Below the pieces are notes generated by a model, which searched no databases, had not been told where the DNA came from, and worked only from the letters and a program-made list of their open reading frames with translations. Both the position numbers and the translations under genes were made by a program. 64,000 bases of DNA from Candidatus Velthaea sp. GTDB taxonomy: Bacteria > Vulcanimicrobiota > Vulcanimicrobiia > Vulcanimicrobiales > Vulcanimicrobiaceae. The DNA lies in contig CBDCCS010000004.1 in assembly GCA_965214935.1 (NCBI GenBank), positions 42,954 through 106,953 on the forward strand, in the 5' to 3' direction. How positions within the stretch are numbered: the first letter of the stretch is position 1; the number at the start of each line of letters is the position of its first letter. Shown here piece after piece: positions 56,623 through 64,000 of this stretch.

Positions 56623-58527
56623 ATGCACACCATTCGGGTCGCCGGCTTTGGCATGGCGCTAGTTTTCCTTGTCTCGGCTTGCACCGGAAGCGGCGGGAGC
56701 ATTCCGCCGGCAAGCTCGATTCCGGCGTTGTCCGGCAGCTCTTCGACGGATCGGCTCACGACGGCGACGGTGCAAGCCGCACCAACCATCTCGGTCGACG
56801 GAACGGTGCAAAGCATCAGCGCTTCGTCGCTCTTGCTCAAGGGCACGGCCTGCGGATACATTACCGTTCGCTACGGCTCATCCACCGTCATAAACTTGAA
56901 CGGATACACGCTTGCCGCAGGCGCGCCGATTCATGCCGACGGAACGGGGAGCTGTTCGACGCAAGTGCAAGCAGCGCACATTACCGTGCTGAGCAACAGT
57001 ACCCCGATCTCGATAATCGGCAGCGTGCAGTCGGTGACGGCGACGAGCGTGCTCGTTGCAGCCGGCAGCGCGTGCGGTATGCTTAACGTTACGTACGACG
57101 CCCGAACTTCCATGAGCGGACCGCAGCTCAAGCCGGGCACCGTGCTGTTTGCAACGGGAACGGGCTCGTGCTCGACGCAGCTTGCAGCAACACAAATTAT
57201 CGTAACGAGTACGGCGGTCACGTCGATCGGCGGCACGGTGTACGCGACCCATCCGAGTTACCTGCTCGTGCAGACCGGAACGTCGTGCGGATTTCTCAAC
57301 ATCTATTTCGGCGTCAGCAGTAGCGTCACCGGACCCGCACCGGCCGTCGGCAGCACGATTCGCGCCGTCGGAACCGGTAACTGCGCGACACAGCTTCTCG
57401 CCACGTCGATTGCCGTCGCGCCGTCCGGCACGCCGTCACCGGTTGCCTCGGCATCGCCGCAAGCATCACCGACGCCGGTCGCCAGCGCAGCACCCAGCCC
57501 ATCACCGACCACCGTCCCGACGACGTTGCCGACGCGCTCTCCGGTTCCCACGCCGACCGTTCCGGGTACGCCGACGCTCTATGTTTCGACGACGGGCAGC
57601 GATACCAACCCGGGCACGCAACGTCAGCCGTTCGCGACGATCCAGCATGCGACGGACATGGCTCGTCCGGGCGATACGGTCAGCGTCGCGGACGGAACGT
57701 ACACGGCGAAGCCCGGTCAACACGGCTCGACCTATGTCGTGCTGCAATCGTCAAGCGGGACAGCCGCCGCTCCAATCGTTGTTCGAGCGGCTAATCCGGG
57801 CATGGCGATCCTCGACGGGCAAAATTATGCGACGAACTTTTGTTACGGCTTCAACACCGGCGCGAACGATGTAACGGTAACCGGCTTTACCATGCAGCAT
57901 TGCGGAGAAGGCGGCTTGATGAACAACTCCGCCGGTAAGGGCAACGTCAGTTCGCACAACGTGATCCACGATATCGGCCAAACCCAAAGTTGTGAAACAA
58001 CCGGCCGCGATGGAATCTTCTCCGGTGCCGGTGTCGTCGGATTTACCAGTGACGGCGACACCATTTACAACATCGGCCGTTTGCCGTCGTCGTGCTCTCA
58101 AAGCTGGCTGCCGTACACGAACGATCATTGCGTGTATGCATACGGCTCGCACATCACGATCAAAAACGATACAATTTCTGGTTGTCACTCAGGTTGGGGA
58201 ATCCAGATCGGCGGCGGTTCTGCTTCGACCGACGGTGGCGGCTTCACGATCGCGAACAACACGTTCGGCTCGATGAACAACCCGGGCGGGATCGTCGGTG
58301 ACATCGTGACGTTCACACCTTCGGGCGGTCACGTTCCTACAGCGTACAACGTTACGGGCAACCACGCCCAAGATCCCAACGGCAGCACGTTCATCAACAA
58401 TATCTATTACCCCGGAGCAGCATCGTACGTCGTCGGCAACAACACCATCGCCGGCGCATCGACACTCATCGATTGGGGCGGGCAAACGCCGCATGTAAGC
58501 GGCAGCGGTAATACACCGGCGTATTAG
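56623..58527 (+). CDS. Lipoprotein: three Cys-paired repeats, Pro/Thr/Ser linker, DUF1565-like motif and right-handed beta-helix
   Basis: LVSAC lipobox; LYVSTTGSDTNPGT..QPFATIQHA....PGDTV.V.DGTY; Asn/Gly-rich parallel beta-helix repeats. Confidence 0.85.
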   Translation: MHTIRVAGFGMALVFLVSACTGSGGSIPPASSIPALSGSSSTDRLTTATVQAAPTISVDGTVQSISASSLLLKGTACGYITVRYGSSTVINLNGYTLAAGAPIHADGTGSCSTQVQAAHITVLSNSTPISIIGSVQSVTATSVLVAAGSACGMLNVTYDARTSMSGPQLKPGTVLFATGTGSCSTQLAATQIIVTSTAVTSIGGTVYATHPSYLLVQTGTSCGFLNIYFGVSSSVTGPAPAVGSTIRAVGTGNCATQLLATSIAVAPSGTPSPVASASPQASPTPVASAAPSPSPTTVPTTLPTRSPVPTPTVPGTPTLYVSTTGSDTNPGTQRQPFATIQHATDMARPGDTVSVADGTYTAKPGQHGSTYVVLQSSSGTAAAPIVVRAANPGMAILDGQNYATNFCYGFNTGANDVTVTGFTMQHCGEGGLMNNSAGKGNVSSHNVIHDIGQTQSCETTGRDGIFSGAGVVGFTSDGDTIYNIGRLPSSCSQSWLPYTNDHCVYAYGSHITIKNDTISGCHSGWGIQIGGGSASTDGGGFTIANNTFGSMNNPGGIVGDIVTFTPSGGHVPTAYNVTGNHAQDPNGSTFINNIYYPGAASYVVGNNTIAGASTLIDWGGQTPHVSGSGNTPAY

Positions 58528-58539
58528 AAGCCGCTAGAA

Positions 58540-60108
58540 TCAACGCCCGATATGCAAGACGGCATATCGGGCGCCCGATGCCCGTAGCTGGGTGACGGAC
58601 GAACCATTGAACCAGGCAACGGACAACTTCTGGAAGTGCAGCGCGACGTAGCGATCCAACCGGTCGCAACCGTAAAACTGCGGCAGCGTCGTACACAGGT
58701 CGTTGACGACAAGCCAGATCCGTTGCCCGGGCCGGCTTGCTGCGCCCAGACTCGCGGCGAGTTCGCGGTCGCTGCGAATCGTGAACGTCTCTTCATCGAA
58801 TCGATCGAAAGCGAGCGCACGCGGAACTGCCGTTAGCGGACCGCTATAATAGTAATGCAACGGCAGCGCTACTTCCGGATCGAATACGGCAACGGCGTCG
58901 TGCGGACCGACATGATCGACAAGATACCCACCGACGCGAGCCCAATCGCCCGGCTTGGCCATACGATGATAATCCGACCAGAGCGAAAGTATCACAAGTG
59001 CGGCGTAAATGGTGCAAAACGCGGCGACGGCGATACGACGGCGATCGGCGCGGATATCGGCGGCCAAGGCGAATGCCGCAAAAACGGTCGGCGCAAAAAG
59101 AACGGCAGTTTGTCGCGGAAAGACGACGTGGACGTGTAAGGCGATAAAGGCTGCGAACAACGCCGCAAGCGTGAACATCGTGACGAGCAGCAGGAACGAC
59201 GTGCGGCTGATTCTCTGCATCCAAACGAACAGCATGCCCAGCGGCAGCGCCGCGGCGCAAAAGTAGAATGCCGTCTGCGTTGGCTGATGGATCCAACTGC
59301 CCAGCCAATGATGCGGGTAAAGAAATTCACAAAGAGCTAAGACAATCGAGTACGGTGGCAGCGGAGATATTGCGGCGAGCGCCGAGTACGCTCCAAGCTG
59401 ACCCGGTAGAACGAACAGCAACGGTACAAGCGCGAGACCAACGAGCGCCGCGCCGGCAACGTAGCTTGGTAGTGCACGCAGGCGATTCGAGAAAACGACG
59501 GCTACGCCGGCGGCTGCGACAAGAGTCACAACATAATATTGCGTGTAAGCGCCGGCTACCGCGATGCCGACGAAGGCAGCGCGCGCGGTCCAGTTCGGCG
59601 TACGATCGAGCCAGCCGCGGAAGAATGCATAGAGCAGCGCCGTTGAGAACGTTACGGCCGCAGCGTACGGCCGCGCTTCGATCGTCGCCCAAACGAGAAA
59701 CGGGTTGAACGCGACCACGGCGACGACGATACCGGGCGCTACGGCAACGATGTAACGCTTGGCGAATTGATACGTGAACGCCAAGGTTACGAGCGAAAGA
59801 GCGACTGAAAGCAACCGCGCATGAAAGAGCGAAGCGCCCGCCAGCCGCCACGCGGCAAGTAACCCGAAGTACAGCGGAGCTTGAGCTTCGTACCCGATGC
59901 CCTGACGCAACGCGTCGACGATGCTGCCCGACGCGCTGTGCAAGCTGTACGCCTCGTCTTGAGAAATGCTCAAGCGATACGACAACGTGCAAACAAGCAC
60001 GAGAAACGCCGTTGTTACCGTTAGCGTCAAGCGGTGCGCCAGGGGGATATCCAAGACATAAAGGCGATGCGGCCGCAACACGGCCTTCGATCCGATGCGC
60101 AACGTCAA
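58540..60108 (-). CDS. GT-C fold membrane glycosyltransferase (GT39/GT83-like)
   Basis: SISQDEAYS, QAPLYF.LL..W, ARLLS, NPFLVW...EARPY, YTQYY; multi-TM with a C-terminal extracytoplasmic domain. Confidence 0.8.
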   Translation of the reverse strand: MTLRIGSKAVLRPHRLYVLDIPLAHRLTLTVTTAFLVLVCTLSYRLSISQDEAYSLHSASGSIVDALRQGIGYEAQAPLYFGLLAAWRLAGASLFHARLLSVALSLVTLAFTYQFAKRYIVAVAPGIVVAVVAFNPFLVWATIEARPYAAAVTFSTALLYAFFRGWLDRTPNWTARAAFVGIAVAGAYTQYYVVTLVAAAGVAVVFSNRLRALPSYVAGAALVGLALVPLLFVLPGQLGAYSALAAISPLPPYSIVLALCEFLYPHHWLGSWIHQPTQTAFYFCAAALPLGMLFVWMQRISRTSFLLLVTMFTLAALFAAFIALHVHVVFPRQTAVLFAPTVFAAFALAADIRADRRRIAVAAFCTIYAALVILSLWSDYHRMAKPGDWARVGGYLVDHVGPHDAVAVFDPEVALPLHYYYSGPLTAVPRALAFDRFDEETFTIRSDRELAASLGAASRPGQRIWLVVNDLCTTLPQFYGCDRLDRYVALHFQKLSVAWFNGSSVTQLRASGARYAVLHIGR

Positions 60109-60160
60109 CCGCCTTTATGAACCGGACGAACGCGAATCGCGCGTTGCCGGCAAGCGACGT

Positions 60161-61636
60161 TCATGGATGGACGACGGCTCCGCGCACCGCACTTCGCTCG
60201 ATACTGCGGGCTTCGCGTTTTCCGGCAAGCGCAAACGGCAAAAAGATGAGGCCAAGCCAGATCGGCAATTTTTCGATTTCGTTTGCCCGGTCGTAAGCGC
60301 TTGAAGCCGGCGTAAGACGAATACGCCACTCCCACGGTCGCGATGATAGATCCGTATCACGAATGACCGGCTGCGGGTGACCGACGACGGTGCGGGTATG
60401 CGCGGCCGATTTCGGCAACGCCGCATTGAAGGTCAACAACGCTGCGGCGACGATTGCGATGTAGCCCGCGCGAGCCAGCGGAAGACGATCGAGATAGAGG
60501 ATCGCTATACCGGCTGCACTCGCCAGCGCCGGCACGATGTCGTGTTGCCAGCGAGCACCCCAAACGATCGACAAGAGTGCCACTGCGACACGCGCGAGGA
60601 GCGAATCACGCGCGAGAACGAGCGCTGCCAATAACGCCGTCATTGCTTCATAGTCGTGCACGAACGGGCCACCGAGCATCGAGAGCGCGAGCGGCATCAA
60701 GACGTATAGCGCGCTCATGCGGGTGCGGTGTGCCAGTAATTTGCCGAGGATGACGCCGCAAACGATCGTCAGCACGTAGCAGACAGACCCGATTAATGCG
60801 GCAATGTGCTCGCTTGCACCGAGAACGTAGGTCAGTCGCGTCAAACTGTATTGATCGCGCGCGAAGATCTCCGCATGCTCGTGCGCCGGTATAAACGTCA
60901 GCGCGTATTCAAGATTGGCCGGAAGTCCCAAAGCTACGACACCGACGACGGCCAGTATGGAACCACACAGAAGCAGCGCGCGACGAGCTTGCGGAACGAG
61001 TGCAAAGAGCCCGATGAACGCCGGCAAACCGATCGCCGGTTCGATGAGCGCGCAGGCGACGGCGATAGCCGCCAACGATGGCCGACCACGCTGGACAGCT
61101 AACGCGCCGAGCGCAGCGCCGGCAACGCCGAACAAGACCGTTTCGCCGTAGAATAGATTGATCGACCCGAACGTCGGGAACAGCACCAGGGCGACGCCGA
61201 GCGTCGGACGGCGGACGATCTGGGCGAGCGCGGCGGTCGTCAAGCATAATGCGACAATGAGAAGTGCGAACCAAACCGCGCGGCCGAGCTCGAAATTCAT
61301 GAGACCGAACGGAACGAGTAACGCTGCAGAGTAGGGCGGCAGCGCGAACGGCGTTACGGCCCAAGCAGGTTCGTCCGCTTCGGGCGCTCGCGCGTGTTCG
61401 CAATCGCGAAGCATCCCCGTGCGGTAGATATCACCGTGCGCAAGCATAACGCGTTCTGCACATGCAACGACCCGATAGTCAACGACTTGTGCGCGCGGAG
61501 AAAGAAGGCTGCCGCTCCGGATTGCGATGGAAATACCGATGGTCACAACCAGAAACGTAAGGAGCGCGATCCCGACCGATCGGGAAAATCGTGCGATCGG
61601 ACGCATTCGCTCAAGCAGCATCGTTGCTGTCCTCAT
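60161..61636 (-). CDS. GT-C fold membrane protein (GT87/DUF2029-like)
   Basis: VDY...A......G.DIY, PFALPPY...LLVPFG, FYGE, DQYSL, FVHDYE; multi-TM. Confidence 0.72.
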   Translation of the reverse strand: MRTATMLLERMRPIARFSRSVGIALLTFLVVTIGISIAIRSGSLLSPRAQVVDYRVVACAERVMLAHGDIYRTGMLRDCEHARAPEADEPAWAVTPFALPPYSAALLVPFGLMNFELGRAVWFALLIVALCLTTAALAQIVRRPTLGVALVLFPTFGSINLFYGETVLFGVAGAALGALAVQRGRPSLAAIAVACALIEPAIGLPAFIGLFALVPQARRALLLCGSILAVVGVVALGLPANLEYALTFIPAHEHAEIFARDQYSLTRLTYVLGASEHIAALIGSVCYVLTIVCGVILGKLLAHRTRMSALYVLMPLALSMLGGPFVHDYEAMTALLAALVLARDSLLARVAVALLSIVWGARWQHDIVPALASAAGIAILYLDRLPLARAGYIAIVAAALLTFNAALPKSAAHTRTVVGHPQPVIRDTDLSSRPWEWRIRLTPASSAYDRANEIEKLPIWLGLIFLPFALAGKREARSIERSAVRGAVVHP

Positions 61637-61663
61637 TAATGTGCGCAGCGCGCGCTCGCGAGG

Positions 61664-62857
61664 TCACGCCGCAACCGGCGCGTCGACGAACGAGCGACGG
61701 CGCTTTTGAAACGGCCGCTCGAAGCAGACGTGAAAGCCGTATGCCAGTACGAACGTCAGTGGTGCGTAGACGAAAAACGACAATGCGCTTGTCACCCAAA
61801 GAGAACCGGTCGCAAGCACCGTCAAAGCGACCGCCAATCGCAAAATTGGAAATTGGATGAGATACGTACTATATGAGAAACGGCCGAGTCTGCATAAAAA
61901 CCTGTTTTCGAACAGTGCAACGACCGGTCGTGCAGCGCCGGCTGCCCATCCGTGCATGCCCGTAGCAGTAAATACCAGCAGCGAGCTGATCGCGAGGCCG
62001 AGAAGCAGATTTTGCGGCCAGCCGTCACCGTATCGGGTGTCGATGCCCGACATGACGATGGCTACGATACTCGCCGCACTCGTTACAATCCAAAGCGTTC
62101 CCCACGGAACGCTCCGCTCGATGCGCGTCAGCTGCGGGTAAGCGCGATTACCAAGAGCCGCGGCAGCTACGCCCATGGCATACAGGGTGATGAACCAGGG
62201 GCGCGTCCAATCGAGAAACCCGTGCAGCAAGAAATGCGGTCCGAGACCGATTGCTGCTGCAAGCGCGAGTTGCGCCCACGGCCCAAAGCGGCGCATGACC
62301 GGTAAAAAAACAAAGACGAAGAGTACGTAGCACTGAAACTCAAGCGCGATATTCCAAAGCGTATCGTTAATATAGAGATTCGTTCGCGGGTCGAGGTTGT
62401 GCACGAGCAAGAGATGCATGACCGTGCCGGCAATGAGACCCCGAACGTTGAGCGGCATCGCGGTGGTATAGCGCCAAGCAACGAAGAGCACCACGGACAA
62501 TGCGAGCGCAACATAATATGGATAGATAAGCCGCTCGACCCGCCGCGCGAAGAAACCGCGAACTCCCTGTGACAACTGCCAATTCGGCGTTTTGCGCGTC
62601 GGTAGCGTCAGTAAATAACCCGATATAACGAAAAACGCGCTGACGCGAAAGTCACCGACGCGTATCCAATCCGTTAAGCGCGAATAGAGCGGCGCGATCA
62701 GACCATGATGCGCCGCGAGGATCATGTTATTGAGGTGAAAGTAAAGAATGTAAACGGACGACAGCCCGCGGATGCCGTAGAAATAGGTTATCTCGGCACG
62801 CGTGGACGCGACGGGTGACGCAGTTGTTGGATGAAGCTCGAGCGCAGTCGTTGCCAT
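61664..62857 (-). CDS. Acyltransferase-3 family O-acyltransferase (OafA-like)
   Basis: GIRGLS....FH, FFVISGY, FFARRVERL.YPY, LWNIALEFQCY, GRFSYSTYL, FERPF. Confidence 0.9.
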   Translation of the reverse strand: MATTALELHPTTASPVASTRAEITYFYGIRGLSSVYILYFHLNNMILAAHHGLIAPLYSRLTDWIRVGDFRVSAFFVISGYLLTLPTRKTPNWQLSQGVRGFFARRVERLIYPYYVALALSVVLFVAWRYTTAMPLNVRGLIAGTVMHLLLVHNLDPRTNLYINDTLWNIALEFQCYVLFVFVFLPVMRRFGPWAQLALAAAIGLGPHFLLHGFLDWTRPWFITLYAMGVAAAALGNRAYPQLTRIERSVPWGTLWIVTSAASIVAIVMSGIDTRYGDGWPQNLLLGLAISSLLVFTATGMHGWAAGAARPVVALFENRFLCRLGRFSYSTYLIQFPILRLAVALTVLATGSLWVTSALSFFVYAPLTFVLAYGFHVCFERPFQKRRRSFVDAPVAA

Positions 62858-62917
62858 CTGTACAAAAGCTACGGGTTGACGAGATGATCGCCTCTCGCCA
62901 ATCGAATGGAAGCCGTT

Positions 62918-62931
62918 AGGACTTCAGACCC
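62918..62931. promoter_or_regulatory. DosR/NarL-like box upstream of the acyltransferase operon
   Basis: TT-AGGAC-TTCA-GACCC-T. Confidence 0.5.
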
Positions 62932-63153
62932 TCACCATCGTTCACCGTAATCGCGCTATTTTGTGAAAACTTTCCTACGATTCTCGAACCCCGAGCCGAA
63001 GCCGTCAAACATGAACTCCCGCCGCCGTGCTTTGATTCCGAAGACCTAACCGACACGATCGCTTCGGTCGTCGTTGTTGCGATCGCCACCTTCCACCGTT
63101 AAGCTTTCGCCAGGCGAGCGAGTTTCTTGCGGCCGCAGTCGAACGGACGACCG

Positions 63154-64000
63154 ATGAATGCCACGCTGACGCTCGCGCGAGAATTCGAGCGGGAATCGCA
63201 TCGGATCGACCAAGCGATCTGGGATGCGCTGGCGCTGCGAGCCGGCGAGTCGGTACTTTTCTGCGGCTTTGCTAACAATCTTGAGTGGATCAAGCGTGCA
63301 GCGGCGATCGACGCTCGCGTAAGCGTTATTTCGAATGATTCCGCCGCTCTCGACGAATACCGCGATCTGCCGGTGACGGCAGTACGAGGCAGCACCTCGA
63401 TGCTGCCGGTGAGCGACGAAGCGTTCGACGTTACGATCGCCTTTCATTATTTGCACGAAGTCGATCCGCTCTTCCACGCAAACATCGTGGCCGAACTGGC
63501 GCGGGCTGGTAAACGCTGTGCAATCGTCGAGCCGGCGCCGCCGAGCGATCCGTTAGGCCTGCGCATCGCCGCGTTATATTCCCGCGCCAAACGTCAGCTC
63601 GGACAATTCGAGCAGTACCATCATAGCGACTACTGGAAAAAGCTTATCTCGATCGCCAAGCGTGACGTTGTCGCGCAAACGTTTTCGTTCGCGCGTACCC
63701 CGCCCCCGCAAGCCGTGCGCGATACGGTCGCGTTGATCATCGCCACCATGGCCGCCGAAGAGACACCGGAATTGTATTTAGCGGAACTTCGCGCCTTAGC
63801 TGCGCGGTCCGACGCGCAATTGCTACCGCAGGCGCGCCATGTCATCGTCGGCACGTCGGTCGGTGCACGTGTGCCCGCTCGCACAAGCACCGATTTTCGG
63901 CCGGCCCAAAACGTGCGCATCGCCAAACTCAAAGCTTTCGTACCGCGAAACGTCGCTCGCGACGGCGGCGCTACGCCGAGCGTCAACCGCGGCGCGGGGT
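63154..64000 (+). CDS. Class I SAM-methyltransferase-like protein; runs off the window edge
   Basis: My translation: MNATLTLAREFERESHRIDQAIWDALALRAGESVLFCGFANN...RGSTSMLPVSDEAFDVTIAFHYLHEVD...ELARAGKRCAIVEP; motif I is degenerate. Confidence 0.7.
   Translation, partial: MNATLTLAREFERESHRIDQAIWDALALRAGESVLFCGFANNLEWIKRAAAIDARVSVISNDSAALDEYRDLPVTAVRGSTSMLPVSDEAFDVTIAFHYLHEVDPLFHANIVAELARAGKRCAIVEPAPPSDPLGLRIAALYSRAKRQLGQFEQYHHSDYWKKLISIAKRDVVAQTFSFARTPPPQAVRDTVALIIATMAAEETPELYLAELRALAARSDAQLLPQARHVIVGTSVGARVPARTSTDFRPAQNVRIAKLKAFVPRNVARDGGATPSVNRGAG

Noticed and set aside
62980..63005. Distal att repeat of tRNA-Leu closing an EPS island
   Set aside because: Only a short GGTTCGAG match, and in inverted orientation
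1..64000. Transposases, integrases, prophage, anti-phage defence genes, rRNA
   Set aside because: No ORF or sequence with recognisable motifs for these

Overview
A GC-rich bacterial chromosome segment with two halves. The style of the secreted proteins suggests a soil lineage such as Eremiobacterota/Vulcanimicrobiota, but this is inference only. Bases 1-29.3 kb are mostly metabolic and housekeeping: a partial prolyl oligopeptidase, tRNA-Ala(TGC), a GH15 hydrolase with glucose 1-dehydrogenase, a secreted beta-propeller/phosphoesterase, an L-fuconate dehydratase-like enolase, tRNA-Ala(GGC), a frameshifted secreted HExxH protein, a DUF2291-type sugar ABC transporter, rnpB, rapZ-yvcK, mtnK, cystathionine beta-synthase and gamma-lyase, an esterase, a GH35 enzyme and tRNA-Leu(CAA). 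Directly after tRNA-Leu is a ~33.5 kb Wzx/Wzy-type exopolysaccharide locus (29.4-62.9 kb). It contains Wza, Wzc, Wzx, Wzy, a priming transferase, a WbpA/B/D/E/I-like diacetamido-uronic acid pathway, a PglF-like dehydratase, three GT4 enzymes, two GT-C enzymes and an acyltransferase. The best candidate for an undescribed system lies in this locus and has three parts. (i) Two paralogous secreted proteins of an unrecognised, probably TIM-barrel glycoside-hydrolase-like family. (ii) A ~65-aa two-cysteine repeat module shared between one of them and a beta-helix lipoprotein. (iii) A NarL/DosR-like regulator without a phospho-acceptor Asp, with a matching palindromic box RGGMC-N4-GDCCY in nearly every divergent promoter of the locus. 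All product calls come from motif recognition by eye; no database search was run.
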